NCBI GenBank assembly: GCA_045046875.1
Contig: JASFYY010000113.1
Location: 1 to 57,685 of the forward strand
Source: Verrucomicrobiota bacterium
GTDB taxonomy: Bacteria > Verrucomicrobiota > Verrucomicrobiia > Verrucomicrobiales > DEV007
Length of the DNA: 57,685 nucleotides
Direction of reading: 5' to 3'
In this document: positions 10,901-19,211 of the stretch, piece by piece
How positions within the stretch are numbered: position 1 is the first letter of the stretch
Layout: each line of letters begins with the position of its first letter
The notes under the pieces: generated by a model
The model's database searches: none
Told to the model about the DNA's origin: nothing
Seen by the model: only the letters and a program-made list of their open reading frames with translations
Made by a program: the position numbers and the translations under genes

Positions 10901-11086
10901 GCGCAATTCCGCTTCGCGATGCTCTTTGTCCGGCCCGTGACAATGAAAACATTTGTCCGATAAAATCGGCATCACCTGCTGATTAAAATCCACTTTATCG
11001 TCTTCGGCCGCATATAACGAACCCAGCACTCCTGCCACAGTCACCACTGCCACCGTTTGTTTGAAAATTACTCCTCTTCTCATCAT
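7964..11086 (-). CDS. Planctomycete cytochrome c / DUF1549 / LamG / DUF1553 protein
   Basis: CFHCH and CSKCH haem motifs, WLDSARYADT, LamG-like WTHLTITYDG...IDEF, PTHPRLLDW, STPLQAL. Start set at ATG 11086. Confidence 0.92.
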   Translation of the reverse strand: MMRRGVIFKQTVAVVTVAGVLGSLYAAEDDKVDFNQQVMPILSDKCFHCHGPDKEHREAELRLDVREAAIEAGAIVPGNVEKSEFLVRLFHDDPDELMPPAEAKLGALSAKEKDILKRWIEQGAEYKTHWSFVEVPKKVELPKLQGKSSWGRNEIDAFVLARLQQKKLEPTQQAPRERWLRRVSFDLTGLPPTLAELDAFVADSSGEKAYEKVVDRLLASKAYGERMATDWLDSARYADTFGYQADRLMHVWPWRDWVIRAFNDNLPYDQFVLWQTAGDLLPNATLDQRLATTFNRLNRQTNEGGSINEEFRVEYVSDRVETNGTAFLGITIGCSKCHDHKFDPWTQQGYFEMSAFFNNIDESGLYSHFTETAPTPTLLLYSGDQELKHKKLLKKLADSEKKLQTVAKAAEQRFANWQAAGGQGQAELPKVVLPKAVVSLNFDDGKKIKGAKVIAGKQGKAAQFSGDDPFAVTDEKTAAFHRTDEFSFSLWLKPSAFKSRQVIFHRSRAAEDSAFRGYELMLYDGKPTFSMIHFWPGNALRVQVKKALPLNAWTHLTITYDGSSQADGVKVYQNGKLIDLVKMQDKLTRDIDHKKEWGDSGVGKNKLKLAGRFRDIGFAGGAIDEFQVFDRQLTSVEAALLAGVGESKSEGALFDHYLLRHDAPFAKAQVDAKKMREEENALISQVKQIMTMHDMKGQRAAYRLNRGQYAERREEAYPATPVSLFPMEKDWPKNRLGLAKWMIDGRNPLVSRVAVNRLWQTFFGRGIVATPEDLGTQGVPPTHPRLLDWMARDFMDSGWDVKAMMKKIALSSVYRQDSTPEDPRSFAEDPDNLLLARGPRHRLSAEQVRDNALAVSGLLVNKVGGISVKPYELAAAFKRQTPDKGEGLYRRSLYTFLKRTAPPPVMSTFDATAREVCLVRRERTSTPLQALVLMNGPQYVEAARVFAQHLIEKNATDVKARIVQGFRQCTSRKPEARELEILQALYAEQKEHFAKHSGEAAKLLKIGDRKVNAKLAVDDLAATTILCEAMLNFDETITKR

Positions 11087-11087
11087 T

Positions 11088-12710
11088 CTATTTTTGCGTT
11101 GCCGCATCCGGTCTTCCGACCTGGAAAATTTCATTCAACTCCTCATCGTTCAAGGCACGATTGAACAACATGAACTCGTCAATCCTACCATTAAAGTTAC
11201 GAATATTTGACGGCCCACGTTTTCCGGGCGGATTATAGTTACCCATCTCCATCGCTCCGAACTTCAGCGGCAGGCGCTTGTCCAGATTCACAATGTCTAC
11301 CTGGCTGACCAGGCGACCATCGATCAAATGCCGCACCTCCAGTTTGTCCGGATCAAACACCGTTGCCAAAAACATCCAACGGCCTAAATCATTAAAACCA
11401 ATTTCCCTGCCCGAATAATAATTTTGATTCCCTTCTTTTCCAAGCACGCCCAGTATCATTTCACCCGTGCGCTCAAATTGCCAATGCGGACTGCCCGGTT
11501 TCCAATCATCGGTCAGCAAAAGACTGCTCCACAAACGATCCATGCCGTCAATTCTCACCCAGGCTGCATAAGTCAGTGCCTTGAACTCACCCGGCAGGAT
11601 CAATCTCACCCGATCCGCCGGACTTTTAAAATCGAGTGCTTGTTTCCCTGGCCAGCGCCCCGACGTCCACTTCGCCCCGACAATCGCACCATTCAATCCC
11701 GGCTCTTCACTCTGCCCCTGATTGTGCAAAACCCGATCCCAGGATCGTTCCGGTTCAAAAGTGTAATAGGCAATCAAACTGCGATCATTCTTCAGCTCTT
11801 CAGAGAATGTTTTCCATCGTTGAAAACGCGATTCAGCGCGGGATCCATCCACATCATCCAACAACGAAGATTGCGGAAATGAAGCCGGATCCATATCAAT
11901 CGCCTCACCCGGTTCCGAACCTCCCAGACGCATCGCCTCCCCTTCCGACAAAGCTTTTGTGGTTTTCCCCACTGAGCGCAGTTCCACTTCGCCATCAAAA
12001 ACATGCACCTCCGACGAGCCATTTTCATCCACCGATATGCCAAACTCGGTGCCCAGATCCACCAGATCATAATCCGGAGTTTTTACCGTAAAACCAACCG
12101 CCTGGGGAGGAACATTACCGTGCACTTTTCCGTAGTGACAAAAAGCCTCGTTCGCCGAACGGATATCCAAATGCGCCGGCCCCTCCAGTATCACCGTCGC
12201 CCCACTGTAAAATTCAATCTGCACCGTACCTGCTGCGATCTTCACTTCTCCCGCCGGAATCCTGTCACCAGGACGGTACCGGGTCGCCCCCTCTACCCAC
12301 TGCAATCCCGACGCTCTTGTCAAAACCGCCACCCCGTCATCCTGAGCAATACTCGTCACACGAGTATTGTTATCCGAGCGTTGACCAAGTAACAACATGC
12401 CCAAAAATAAACCAGCCACCAAGGCCGCCGCCAACGACAATCGAGCTTTCCACGGCCAACGAATCTTCTCCCCCCGATCCGCAAATCCCACCAGCGCATC
12501 GCCGCCTTCCTCGCTCTCAAACTCACCCGCATACTCATGCAGGCTCGCCGACAAAGCCATCACCCTCACATAATGCCGCCGCGCCGCTTCATCATCCAGC
12601 AACCACTGCTGCAGTTCAGCATGCCTGTCCGCAGAAATAACCCCATCCACCAGTTCGTCACACAACGCACCAAGCTTCAAAACTTCCAAATCTGTAAGCG
12701 TTTCTCCCAT
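11088..12710 (-). CDS. FecR-like anti-sigma factor with C-terminal LamG domain
   Basis: N-terminal anti-sigma helices, one TM segment, LEGPA, VDLGTEFG, HVFDGEV, FNGRIDEFMLFNRAL. Confidence 0.88.
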   Translation of the reverse strand: MGETLTDLEVLKLGALCDELVDGVISADRHAELQQWLLDDEAARRHYVRVMALSASLHEYAGEFESEEGGDALVGFADRGEKIRWPWKARLSLAAALVAGLFLGMLLLGQRSDNNTRVTSIAQDDGVAVLTRASGLQWVEGATRYRPGDRIPAGEVKIAAGTVQIEFYSGATVILEGPAHLDIRSANEAFCHYGKVHGNVPPQAVGFTVKTPDYDLVDLGTEFGISVDENGSSEVHVFDGEVELRSVGKTTKALSEGEAMRLGGSEPGEAIDMDPASFPQSSLLDDVDGSRAESRFQRWKTFSEELKNDRSLIAYYTFEPERSWDRVLHNQGQSEEPGLNGAIVGAKWTSGRWPGKQALDFKSPADRVRLILPGEFKALTYAAWVRIDGMDRLWSSLLLTDDWKPGSPHWQFERTGEMILGVLGKEGNQNYYSGREIGFNDLGRWMFLATVFDPDKLEVRHLIDGRLVSQVDIVNLDKRLPLKFGAMEMGNYNPPGKRGPSNIRNFNGRIDEFMLFNRALNDEELNEIFQVGRPDAATQK

Positions 12711-12711
12711 T

Positions 12712-13314
12712 CTAATTGCCTTCGTTCAGTATAGCTCCGGCTGTTTGACTCCGTCTATCTCCATTACATTCCGGTTCGGCTTCTAACTTCTGAACTTCAT
12801 TCGTCACACAATCCAACAACAACTGGCGAATCCTCCCCAACGCCTTATACGCCGCCTGCACACTTCTGCCCGCCTGCGCCGCCGCCCGTCCCACCCCGCT
12901 ACCACTTTCATACCTCGTCAACACCATACGCCGGTCCCGTTCATTCAATTTTTTTAAACACGAACCCAGCGCCTCATGCCGCACATCCATCTCCTCCTGC
13001 ATCGTTCCCGCCGTCGCCACCACCGCCTCCATCACCTCTTCATTAAACACCACCTTCGATCGCGCAAATTTCTGCTGCGCCGCTTTCACCTTCCACCACG
13101 CAATGCGATTGGCCCAGGCGACAAAATCCGTACCCGATTCAAACTCAGCAAACTTCTCATAAACCGTCACCGAAGTTTCCTGCAAAATATCCTCCGCATC
13201 CGCCCGGTTGGGAACCAGCGTATAGATATAAGCAAAGATCTTGCGTTGATTGCGGGTCAGCAATCCAACCAGCTCCGCCCGGCTATCCTGATGATGGGGG
13301 TTTTCCAAATCCAT
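12712..13314 (-). CDS. ECF sigma-70 factor (Rhodopirellula/Verrucomicrobium type)
   Basis: DAEDILQET, FVAWANRIA, region 4 YKALGRIR..LLDCV. Confidence 0.93.
   Translation of the reverse strand: MDLENPHHQDSRAELVGLLTRNQRKIFAYIYTLVPNRADAEDILQETSVTVYEKFAEFESGTDFVAWANRIAWWKVKAAQQKFARSKVVFNEEVMEAVVATAGTMQEEMDVRHEALGSCLKKLNERDRRMVLTRYESGSGVGRAAAQAGRSVQAAYKALGRIRQLLLDCVTNEVQKLEAEPECNGDRRSQTAGAILNEGN
12713..12744 (-). repeat. 32-bp direct repeat, copy 2, encoding the sigma factor tail just upstream of the FecR start
   Basis: Identical to 7898-7929. Confidence 0.95.
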
Positions 13315-13565
13315 AAATTGATCCTGTCACCAATGTAATAACAAGAATTGACCACTTTAGGACATTTTTTATCAAAAAAATAATGCGACACAGCTTTGCA
13401 AACTGTGAATCACTGAAAACAAACGGATTCACCACCTGCTCCCACTTCGTAATAAATCCCAATTTGAATGAACTGCGAGCCGTGACGATGAATTCACTCA
13501 GGGCTTAAACCGAAAGATGCAAATCAGGTTGAAGGAAAAACGCCCGCAAGCTGAATAACGAAGAC

Positions 13566-15971
13566 TTACTTGCCCCTCAATTCCGACGCCTTCTTTCTCA
13601 AAGCCTGCGCCTCCAGGTGACTGCCCCTTTTTTCGTAAGCATCAGCCAGACTCGCCATTGATTTGAGTGTATCCGGGTGTTCTAAACCTAACACTTTTTT
13701 CCTCAACTCCATCGTCTCTTTCTTCAACCGCAAGGCCTCCTCAAAACGACCCGCTGCTCCGTAAGAACTGGCCAGGCTGCTCATCGAAGCGAGTGTGGAC
13801 GGATGCTCGGAACCCAGCACTTTTCTTTTCAATTCCAAGGTTTCCTCTTTCAACGCCAGGGCCTCCTCATGACGGCCTGCCAGACTGTACGAATAAGCGA
13901 GACTGGACATGGAAGCGAGTGTTGAGGGATGCTCGAAACCCAATACCTCTTTTTTCAATTTCAAGGTTTGTTCGTTCAAATCCAGCGCTTCTTCAACGCG
14001 ACCCACATTTCCGTACGAACTGGCCAGGCTGCCCATCGCCTGGATTATGTTCGGATGATTGGCCCCCAATACCTTAATCTTCAATTTTAATGTTTTTTCA
14101 TTAAAATCCAAGGCCTCCTCAAAACGACCCATGTTCCGATAATAAATGGCGACCTTCGCCATCTCCGCCAGCGTGTCCGGGTGCTCGGCACCCAATACCT
14201 TTTTTTTCAAGTTCAAAGTCTCTTCGCCCAGAGCCAGAGCCTTTTCATATTCACCCACAGCGCTGTAGGAATATGCCAGGCTACCCATTGTAGCAAGAGT
14301 GTCCGGGTGCTCGGAACCCAGCTCTTCCTTTCTCAATTCAAGAGCTCTCTCGCGCTGTGTAATGGCAGCCTTGTTATCCCCCAGATAGGAATAAGTATAA
14401 CCCAAGTCATGCCGGACAGTTGCTTCGATGATCGGTTGACCAACAAAGGATTCTCCTATTTTCGGCGCCGCTGCATCAATGGCCTCACGGATCGTCGCAT
14501 CAATTCCCAGTCCCCCCCCCAGTGATTTTGGCCTTGCTGCCGACAACACCTTATTCTCTAAAAAATCCAGTACCGCTTTCGATTCCTCGGCAGATTGCTC
14601 AGCCAGACTGCGCGCTGATTCGGCTTGAGCTTCTGCCTTAGTGGCACGAACGGCTTGCCATATACTTACCACCGTGCCTGCCACCATAACCGCGATTACC
14701 AAAGCCACTGTCGTCAGCACTGCCTTGTTTCGCCGGGCAAACTTGCCCATTCGATAACTCGCCGAGGGCGGACAGGCCGTCACCGGTTTATCAGTGAGGT
14801 AATGCCCAATATCAGCAGCAAACCCGTCCGCGGTTTCGTAACGGCGAGAACGATCTTTCTCCAGGGCCTTCATCACTATCCAATCGAGATCACCGCGAAT
14901 CTGACGACTCAACTTTTCAGGCGCCACCTTGTGCACTTTCGTTATCGACGTGTTTTCCTCACTGCTCAACGAATCAAGCCGCGTCGAGGGTTTGAGTGGT
15001 TCTTCCTCTCGAATCAAGCGATACATTTCCTCTATCCCCGCTTCGCGCAATTTTTTCAGACCCAACGGAGTCTTCCCTGTGAGCAATTCATAAAGCACCA
15101 CACCCAGAGAATAGATATCGCAGCGGGTATCAATATCGCTCCCTTGAGTAGCTGATTGCTCCGGACTCATATACTGCGGCGTACCGATCATCTGCCCAAT
15201 CGCTGTATACAAAGACTTTTCAGTGAGCTCCTGCTTGATCGCCTTGGCCACTCCAAAATCGATCACCTTGACTACCGGCCTTGCCTCATGATGAATCACC
15301 AGGATATTGGAAGGTTTCAGATCGCGGTGGATAATTCCTTTCTGATGGGCGTGCTGAACTGCCGAGCAGATATCCTGGAACAAAATCAGACGCTGCCTTG
15401 TATCGAGGCAATGTGTGTCACAATAATCTGTAACCGGCACCCCCTTCACCAGTTCCATGGCAAAGTAAGGTCGCCCGGTTTCGGTTGTTCCTGCATCAAT
15501 CACCTTGGAAATATTAGGGTGATCCATCAGAGCCAGCGCCTGACGCTCGATTTCAAAACGAGCGATCACTTCCCTGGTATCCATGCCCGGCTTGATAATT
15601 TTGAGAGCAACCATGCGCTTGATCGGCTCAAATTGTTCCACTATAAAAACCACGCCAAAACTACCTTCGCCCACTTTCTCTAGCAGCTTGTAAGGACCGA
15701 TCACATCTCCTGATTTCTCAGCCAGCGATACCCCATTTCCAACGGACGGAAGCTTCATTTTACCAGAAATCTTCCCGGACCCGTCCATGGAAATGGTAAC
15801 ATTATTGCCCTCAGCGAAAAATGCGTCCGCCTTCGCGGCGTCCTCCAGCATACTTTCCACCTCCGAATGCAATTCACCATCACCCCCGCAAGCCTCTTCC
15901 AGAAACGTCTCGCGCTCCTCGACCTCCAGTTCGTAAGCGCTGGCAAATAATTCTTTGGCTTGAGCGTTCAT
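13566..15971 (-). CDS. Membrane Ser/Thr protein kinase with 42-aa TPR repeats
   Basis: GEGSFG, VALK, HRDLKPSN, DFG, GTPQYMSPE, a TM helix, six LGxxHPxT-type repeats. Start is ATG 15971 or 15974. Confidence 0.95.
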   Translation of the reverse strand: MNAQAKELFASAYELEVEERETFLEEACGGDGELHSEVESMLEDAAKADAFFAEGNNVTISMDGSGKISGKMKLPSVGNGVSLAEKSGDVIGPYKLLEKVGEGSFGVVFIVEQFEPIKRMVALKIIKPGMDTREVIARFEIERQALALMDHPNISKVIDAGTTETGRPYFAMELVKGVPVTDYCDTHCLDTRQRLILFQDICSAVQHAHQKGIIHRDLKPSNILVIHHEARPVVKVIDFGVAKAIKQELTEKSLYTAIGQMIGTPQYMSPEQSATQGSDIDTRCDIYSLGVVLYELLTGKTPLGLKKLREAGIEEMYRLIREEEPLKPSTRLDSLSSEENTSITKVHKVAPEKLSRQIRGDLDWIVMKALEKDRSRRYETADGFAADIGHYLTDKPVTACPPSASYRMGKFARRNKAVLTTVALVIAVMVAGTVVSIWQAVRATKAEAQAESARSLAEQSAEESKAVLDFLENKVLSAARPKSLGGGLGIDATIREAIDAAAPKIGESFVGQPIIEATVRHDLGYTYSYLGDNKAAITQRERALELRKEELGSEHPDTLATMGSLAYSYSAVGEYEKALALGEETLNLKKKVLGAEHPDTLAEMAKVAIYYRNMGRFEEALDFNEKTLKLKIKVLGANHPNIIQAMGSLASSYGNVGRVEEALDLNEQTLKLKKEVLGFEHPSTLASMSSLAYSYSLAGRHEEALALKEETLELKRKVLGSEHPSTLASMSSLASSYGAAGRFEEALRLKKETMELRKKVLGLEHPDTLKSMASLADAYEKRGSHLEAQALRKKASELRGK

Positions 15972-15973
15972 CA

Positions 15974-16008
15974 TATTCCTACACGCTCAAATAGCCTAGA
16001 AAAACGAC
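15974..16008 (-). promoter_or_regulatory. Putative ECF-dependent promoter of the kinase gene
   Basis: Minus strand GTCGTTTTTCTAGGCTATTTGAGCGTGTAGGAATA, a near copy of 17191-17227. Confidence 0.6.
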
Positions 16009-16066
16009 CAGACTATTCAAGCATATTCATACAGCTTCTGAATGACCATTTCACCTCTGCCCAAGA

Positions 16067-17188
16067 TCACTTCTTAACTACCTTGGATATCTTGACCTTC
16101 CTCCCAATATCCGCCGGCGAAATCCCGGCAGCTGCCAACTGAGTCCTGACTTGTCCCAGTGCTATTTTAGAGACCCAAATCCCGTAGTACAACTCATTCC
16201 GGCGATCGAATGATAAGGATGAAATCGTCATGCCTTCAGCTTTATAACTTCCATCCATTTTCAGCAGATCTTTTTCAGAATCAAGCCAACCGATTTTGAA
16301 CTGCATTCCATCGGGTATGGCATCAAAAACTCCCCGTAGCTCCCGATCCTTGTTGTTTTCCACATAAACGGGATACCTGCCTTTGCTTTTCTCCACTTTA
16401 AGTAATTCGTTCCAATCATAAAAACTGAGCCACCCGGTAAAGGCCCCACTTTGCTGCTCAAGCTCCAGTTTTTCGCTTTCAGACTTTCGAGGTGCAGCAC
16501 TTAATTGTTTCAATAATTGCTGATCTTCCATACTCAGATCAGCAATTAAAAATGGAAACCTCCCTCCCCCTTTTTTTACCAGGATGATTTTATCACCGTC
16601 GATTCCATCCAGTGCCGCTTCAACAATCCTACCTGACTTATTCTTCCATTGACGGGTTTCCGTTGTTAGTGGTCCGGATTTTTGAGCAGGCTTAATCTGA
16701 ATTTTTGCAGGTATCACCCCCAGACCGAGCAGTTTCCCAACGGCTTGCTTGTATCCCTCCTTTTCTATCCAAACTGCACTGAAATCACTTTCTCCAGGAT
16801 TTTTACTCAAGAACAGAAGCTCGTAACCGTTTTTCTTTCGTTGAACATGGGTCACCAACAACTGCGATTCGGTTATAGCCGTCACATAGGACGCTTGCGT
16901 CCCACTCTTCTCAGGGAAATCAAAAACCGCTCTCACCTCACCATTGGAATTGCGTTCCACAATGAAAATAACTTTACCCGCGCCCGTTGCTCTCTTCAGC
17001 AATTCCGCCACCTGTGCCCTTGATCCCCATGGGGTGAAAATTGCCTCACGTTTCTTGTCAAAGCCACGCTTGAATTCAGATTCCTTAAAACTCCCTCTAA
17101 CTCTCTGGGAGTAGGCCGGGCAGATCCCCGACAGGGTGAGGGCAATAAGGGTAACGACGCTGAGTAAATTATTGGTTTGAGTGTTCAT
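16067..17188 (-). CDS. Exported protein: duplicated unknown domain flanking an SHD1-like domain
   Basis: Signal peptide; RQWKNKSG..VEA...LSMEDQ (SHD1-like); internal repeat FTPW...VERN...RAVFD and FTGW...VENN...RGVFD. Confidence 0.7.
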   Translation of the reverse strand: MNTQTNNLLSVVTLIALTLSGICPAYSQRVRGSFKESEFKRGFDKKREAIFTPWGSRAQVAELLKRATGAGKVIFIVERNSNGEVRAVFDFPEKSGTQASYVTAITESQLLVTHVQRKKNGYELLFLSKNPGESDFSAVWIEKEGYKQAVGKLLGLGVIPAKIQIKPAQKSGPLTTETRQWKNKSGRIVEAALDGIDGDKIILVKKGGGRFPFLIADLSMEDQQLLKQLSAAPRKSESEKLELEQQSGAFTGWLSFYDWNELLKVEKSKGRYPVYVENNKDRELRGVFDAIPDGMQFKIGWLDSEKDLLKMDGSYKAEGMTISSLSFDRRNELYYGIWVSKIALGQVRTQLAAAGISPADIGRKVKISKVVKK

Positions 17189-17190
17189 CT

Positions 17191-17227
17191 TATTACTACA
17201 CGCGCAATAAGGCTGAAAAACCGGACA
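17191..17227 (-). promoter_or_regulatory. Putative ECF-dependent promoter immediately downstream of the sigma gene
   Basis: Minus strand TGTCCGGTTTTTCAGCCTTATTGCGCGTGTAGTAATA, a few nt before the ATG at 17188. Confidence 0.6.
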
Positions 17228-17233
17228 TTTTTT

Positions 17234-17782
17234 TTAAGATTCTTCCTGGAGAGCCCGGTAGAGCCAGACTTTAGCCACTGTCCAATGCCGTCGAACAGTC
17301 TTTTCATTCACTTCCAATAGCGCTGCAATCTCGTCATTATTCATGCCGCCAAAAAAGCGCAATTTGACGATGCGGGCGTTCAACTCGTCCTCCTTCTCCA
17401 ACTGATCAAGCACTTCGTGTACGGCGAGCAGTCGTTCGTCCGGAATCGGAGCCGAGATATCAATCTCGCTCTCGGGTATGGTCGCCTCACCACTGCCGCG
17501 CTTGCCCGAAAGTCGGCGCCGCGCCGCTTCGACCAGAATCCGCCTCATCGCTTCGGAAACGGCAGCAAAAAACTGCTTTCGGTCCCGCCACTCATCCGGA
17601 GCACTTTTTTCCAACCTCAACCAGGCTTCGTGAACTAGAGCCGTCGCGTTGAGAGTGTGATCCGGCCTTTCTCCGGCCATACGCGATGCCGCAATGCGCT
17701 TGAGCTCCCCGTAGAGCCCGACAAATAACTCGTCGTCACGAGTTTCGTTGGAGGCGTTCAGCCAGCGAGTAAATTCAGGCAT
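17234..17782 (-). CDS. ECF sigma factor, TIGR02999-type (kinase-associated)
   Basis: LYGELKRIA, HTLNATALVHEAWLRL, AMRRILVE.ARRR..KRG, VKLRFFGG, VRRHW..AK.WL. Confidence 0.93.
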   Translation of the reverse strand: MPEFTRWLNASNETRDDELFVGLYGELKRIAASRMAGERPDHTLNATALVHEAWLRLEKSAPDEWRDRKQFFAAVSEAMRRILVEAARRRLSGKRGSGEATIPESEIDISAPIPDERLLAVHEVLDQLEKEDELNARIVKLRFFGGMNNDEIAALLEVNEKTVRRHWTVAKVWLYRALQEES

Positions 17783-17882
17783 GGTGAGGACTAGAAGTAT
17801 CACCTGTTTGGATTAAGCAGGTCAAGCAGGAAAGTCTTCCCCTCTTTCCGGCACCTAGAAAGCGCCGCACCTTGTAAAAATA

Positions 17883-19007
17883 TCACTTCCTGCTTACTTC
17901 CTTACTGCTGCGCGGCACTCCCAGACAAACCCGGAAACCATCCCGCGAATCCGAATAGCTGACACTGTGAATCCCCAGCCGCACCGCACAGCGCGCATTG
18001 CCCGGAACATCGATATAATTTCCGCCTCGACACACAGGACGTTTTACCGAAAGGGTTTGAGCGTCTTCATAATACACTTCCTCATGCCCTCCCTCGGGAT
18101 CAAAGTGATCCAGGACAAATTCCCACACACCCCCACACATATCGGCCAGACCAAAACCATTGCGGCCACGCTCTCCATAATGATCAACCGGTGACACCAT
18201 CGCGTAACCATCGCTCCATGGCAGAGTGCCTCCCGTCCAGACGTGATCAGTGTTTGGCAGAAAATCGATCGCAGAAATATTCAAGCGCCCCTTGCCCTCA
18301 TACATATTGTCTCCCCACCAGAAAGCGGTGCTGTCGCTGCGGCCTCCGCGACACGCATAAGCCCACTCGGCCTCGGTCGGTAGTCGATAGACCAGACCCT
18401 CCCGAAGTGTGCCTGCAGCTTGCTCCTTTTTATTGAGCCAGTCACAAAATGCCTTCATGTCATTATAGCTCACACAAACCACCGGAAAATCATCCTGTTC
18501 AGGAACTCCGTGATTGGGATCCCGCCAGCTTTTACCCTCCATCGATAACCAAGACATCTCGTCCTTCCTCGTCAGTGGTCCCCATTTAGGATTGAAACAC
18601 TGACTTTTCCCACCTGGTTTTTCAGCATCCGTCACATACCCTGTTTCATCCGCAAATTTGCGGAACTGCTTCACAGTGACTTCCGTGCGCCCCATCCAGA
18701 ATCCCTCTTTCACCTGCATCGCACGCGGCGCGCCTTCATACGCCTCACGCCTGCCTCCACCCGAAGAAAACGAAGCCCCGCCCTCCTGACTGACCGCCCA
18801 TTTTTTTTCTTCCGCCGAACTACCCATGATGAATTTTCCAGGCGGGATATAGACCATTTCGAGGGAAATATCTTTATCCGATTTTATCTGTTTACTTGCT
18901 CCGTTCACCGGATCTTCGGCCCAGGTCGCACTGGGCATGAGCCCTATAATAGTCGCCATCAGCAGCAGAGCCAATGCTGGTTTGGGGGTTTTTTTTTGTT
19001 CACGCAT
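17883..19007 (-). CDS. SUMF1/FGE-sulfatase domain protein (non-canonical)
   Basis: Signal peptide, TEVT, PVVCVS, RLPTEAEW, NGFGLADM.G.VWE, RGG, GFR. Confidence 0.88.
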   Translation of the reverse strand: MREQKKTPKPALALLLMATIIGLMPSATWAEDPVNGASKQIKSDKDISLEMVYIPPGKFIMGSSAEEKKWAVSQEGGASFSSGGGRREAYEGAPRAMQVKEGFWMGRTEVTVKQFRKFADETGYVTDAEKPGGKSQCFNPKWGPLTRKDEMSWLSMEGKSWRDPNHGVPEQDDFPVVCVSYNDMKAFCDWLNKKEQAAGTLREGLVYRLPTEAEWAYACRGGRSDSTAFWWGDNMYEGKGRLNISAIDFLPNTDHVWTGGTLPWSDGYAMVSPVDHYGERGRNGFGLADMCGGVWEFVLDHFDPEGGHEEVYYEDAQTLSVKRPVCRGGNYIDVPGNARCAVRLGIHSVSYSDSRDGFRVCLGVPRSSKEVSRK

Positions 19008-19100
19008 AATTTTTCCAATGGTTGATTCAATATTACCTCTTGGGGTGTCTCCCTAAGTTCATCAATTTTCCACATTCAAGCGAACCCATCCCCACATAAC

Positions 19101-19190
19101 GGCCTGAAAAGCCAACCCTATAACAGCCCAGGGAGAAACCCTGGGTAAATTGGTTAAAATATCCCCAAGCCCTGAAAGGGCGGCTCTATA
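19101..19190. repeat. REP-like palindrome cluster
   Basis: GGCCTGAAAAGCC, CCCAGGGAGAAACCCTGGG and GCCCTGAAAGGGC hairpins in an intergenic gap. Confidence 0.7.
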
Positions 19191-19211
19191 AACTCAAGCC
19201 TACAGACTGCC

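Noticed and set aside
13600..14350. DNA repeats in the kinase 3' region as a DGR or mobile element
   Set aside because: They follow the 126-bp period of the encoded 42-aa TPR units
17883..19007. True formylglycine-generating enzyme
   Set aside because: Lacks the two-cysteine RGGS..C...C..YR core (has RGGNYIDVPGNARC) and has no adjacent sulfatase
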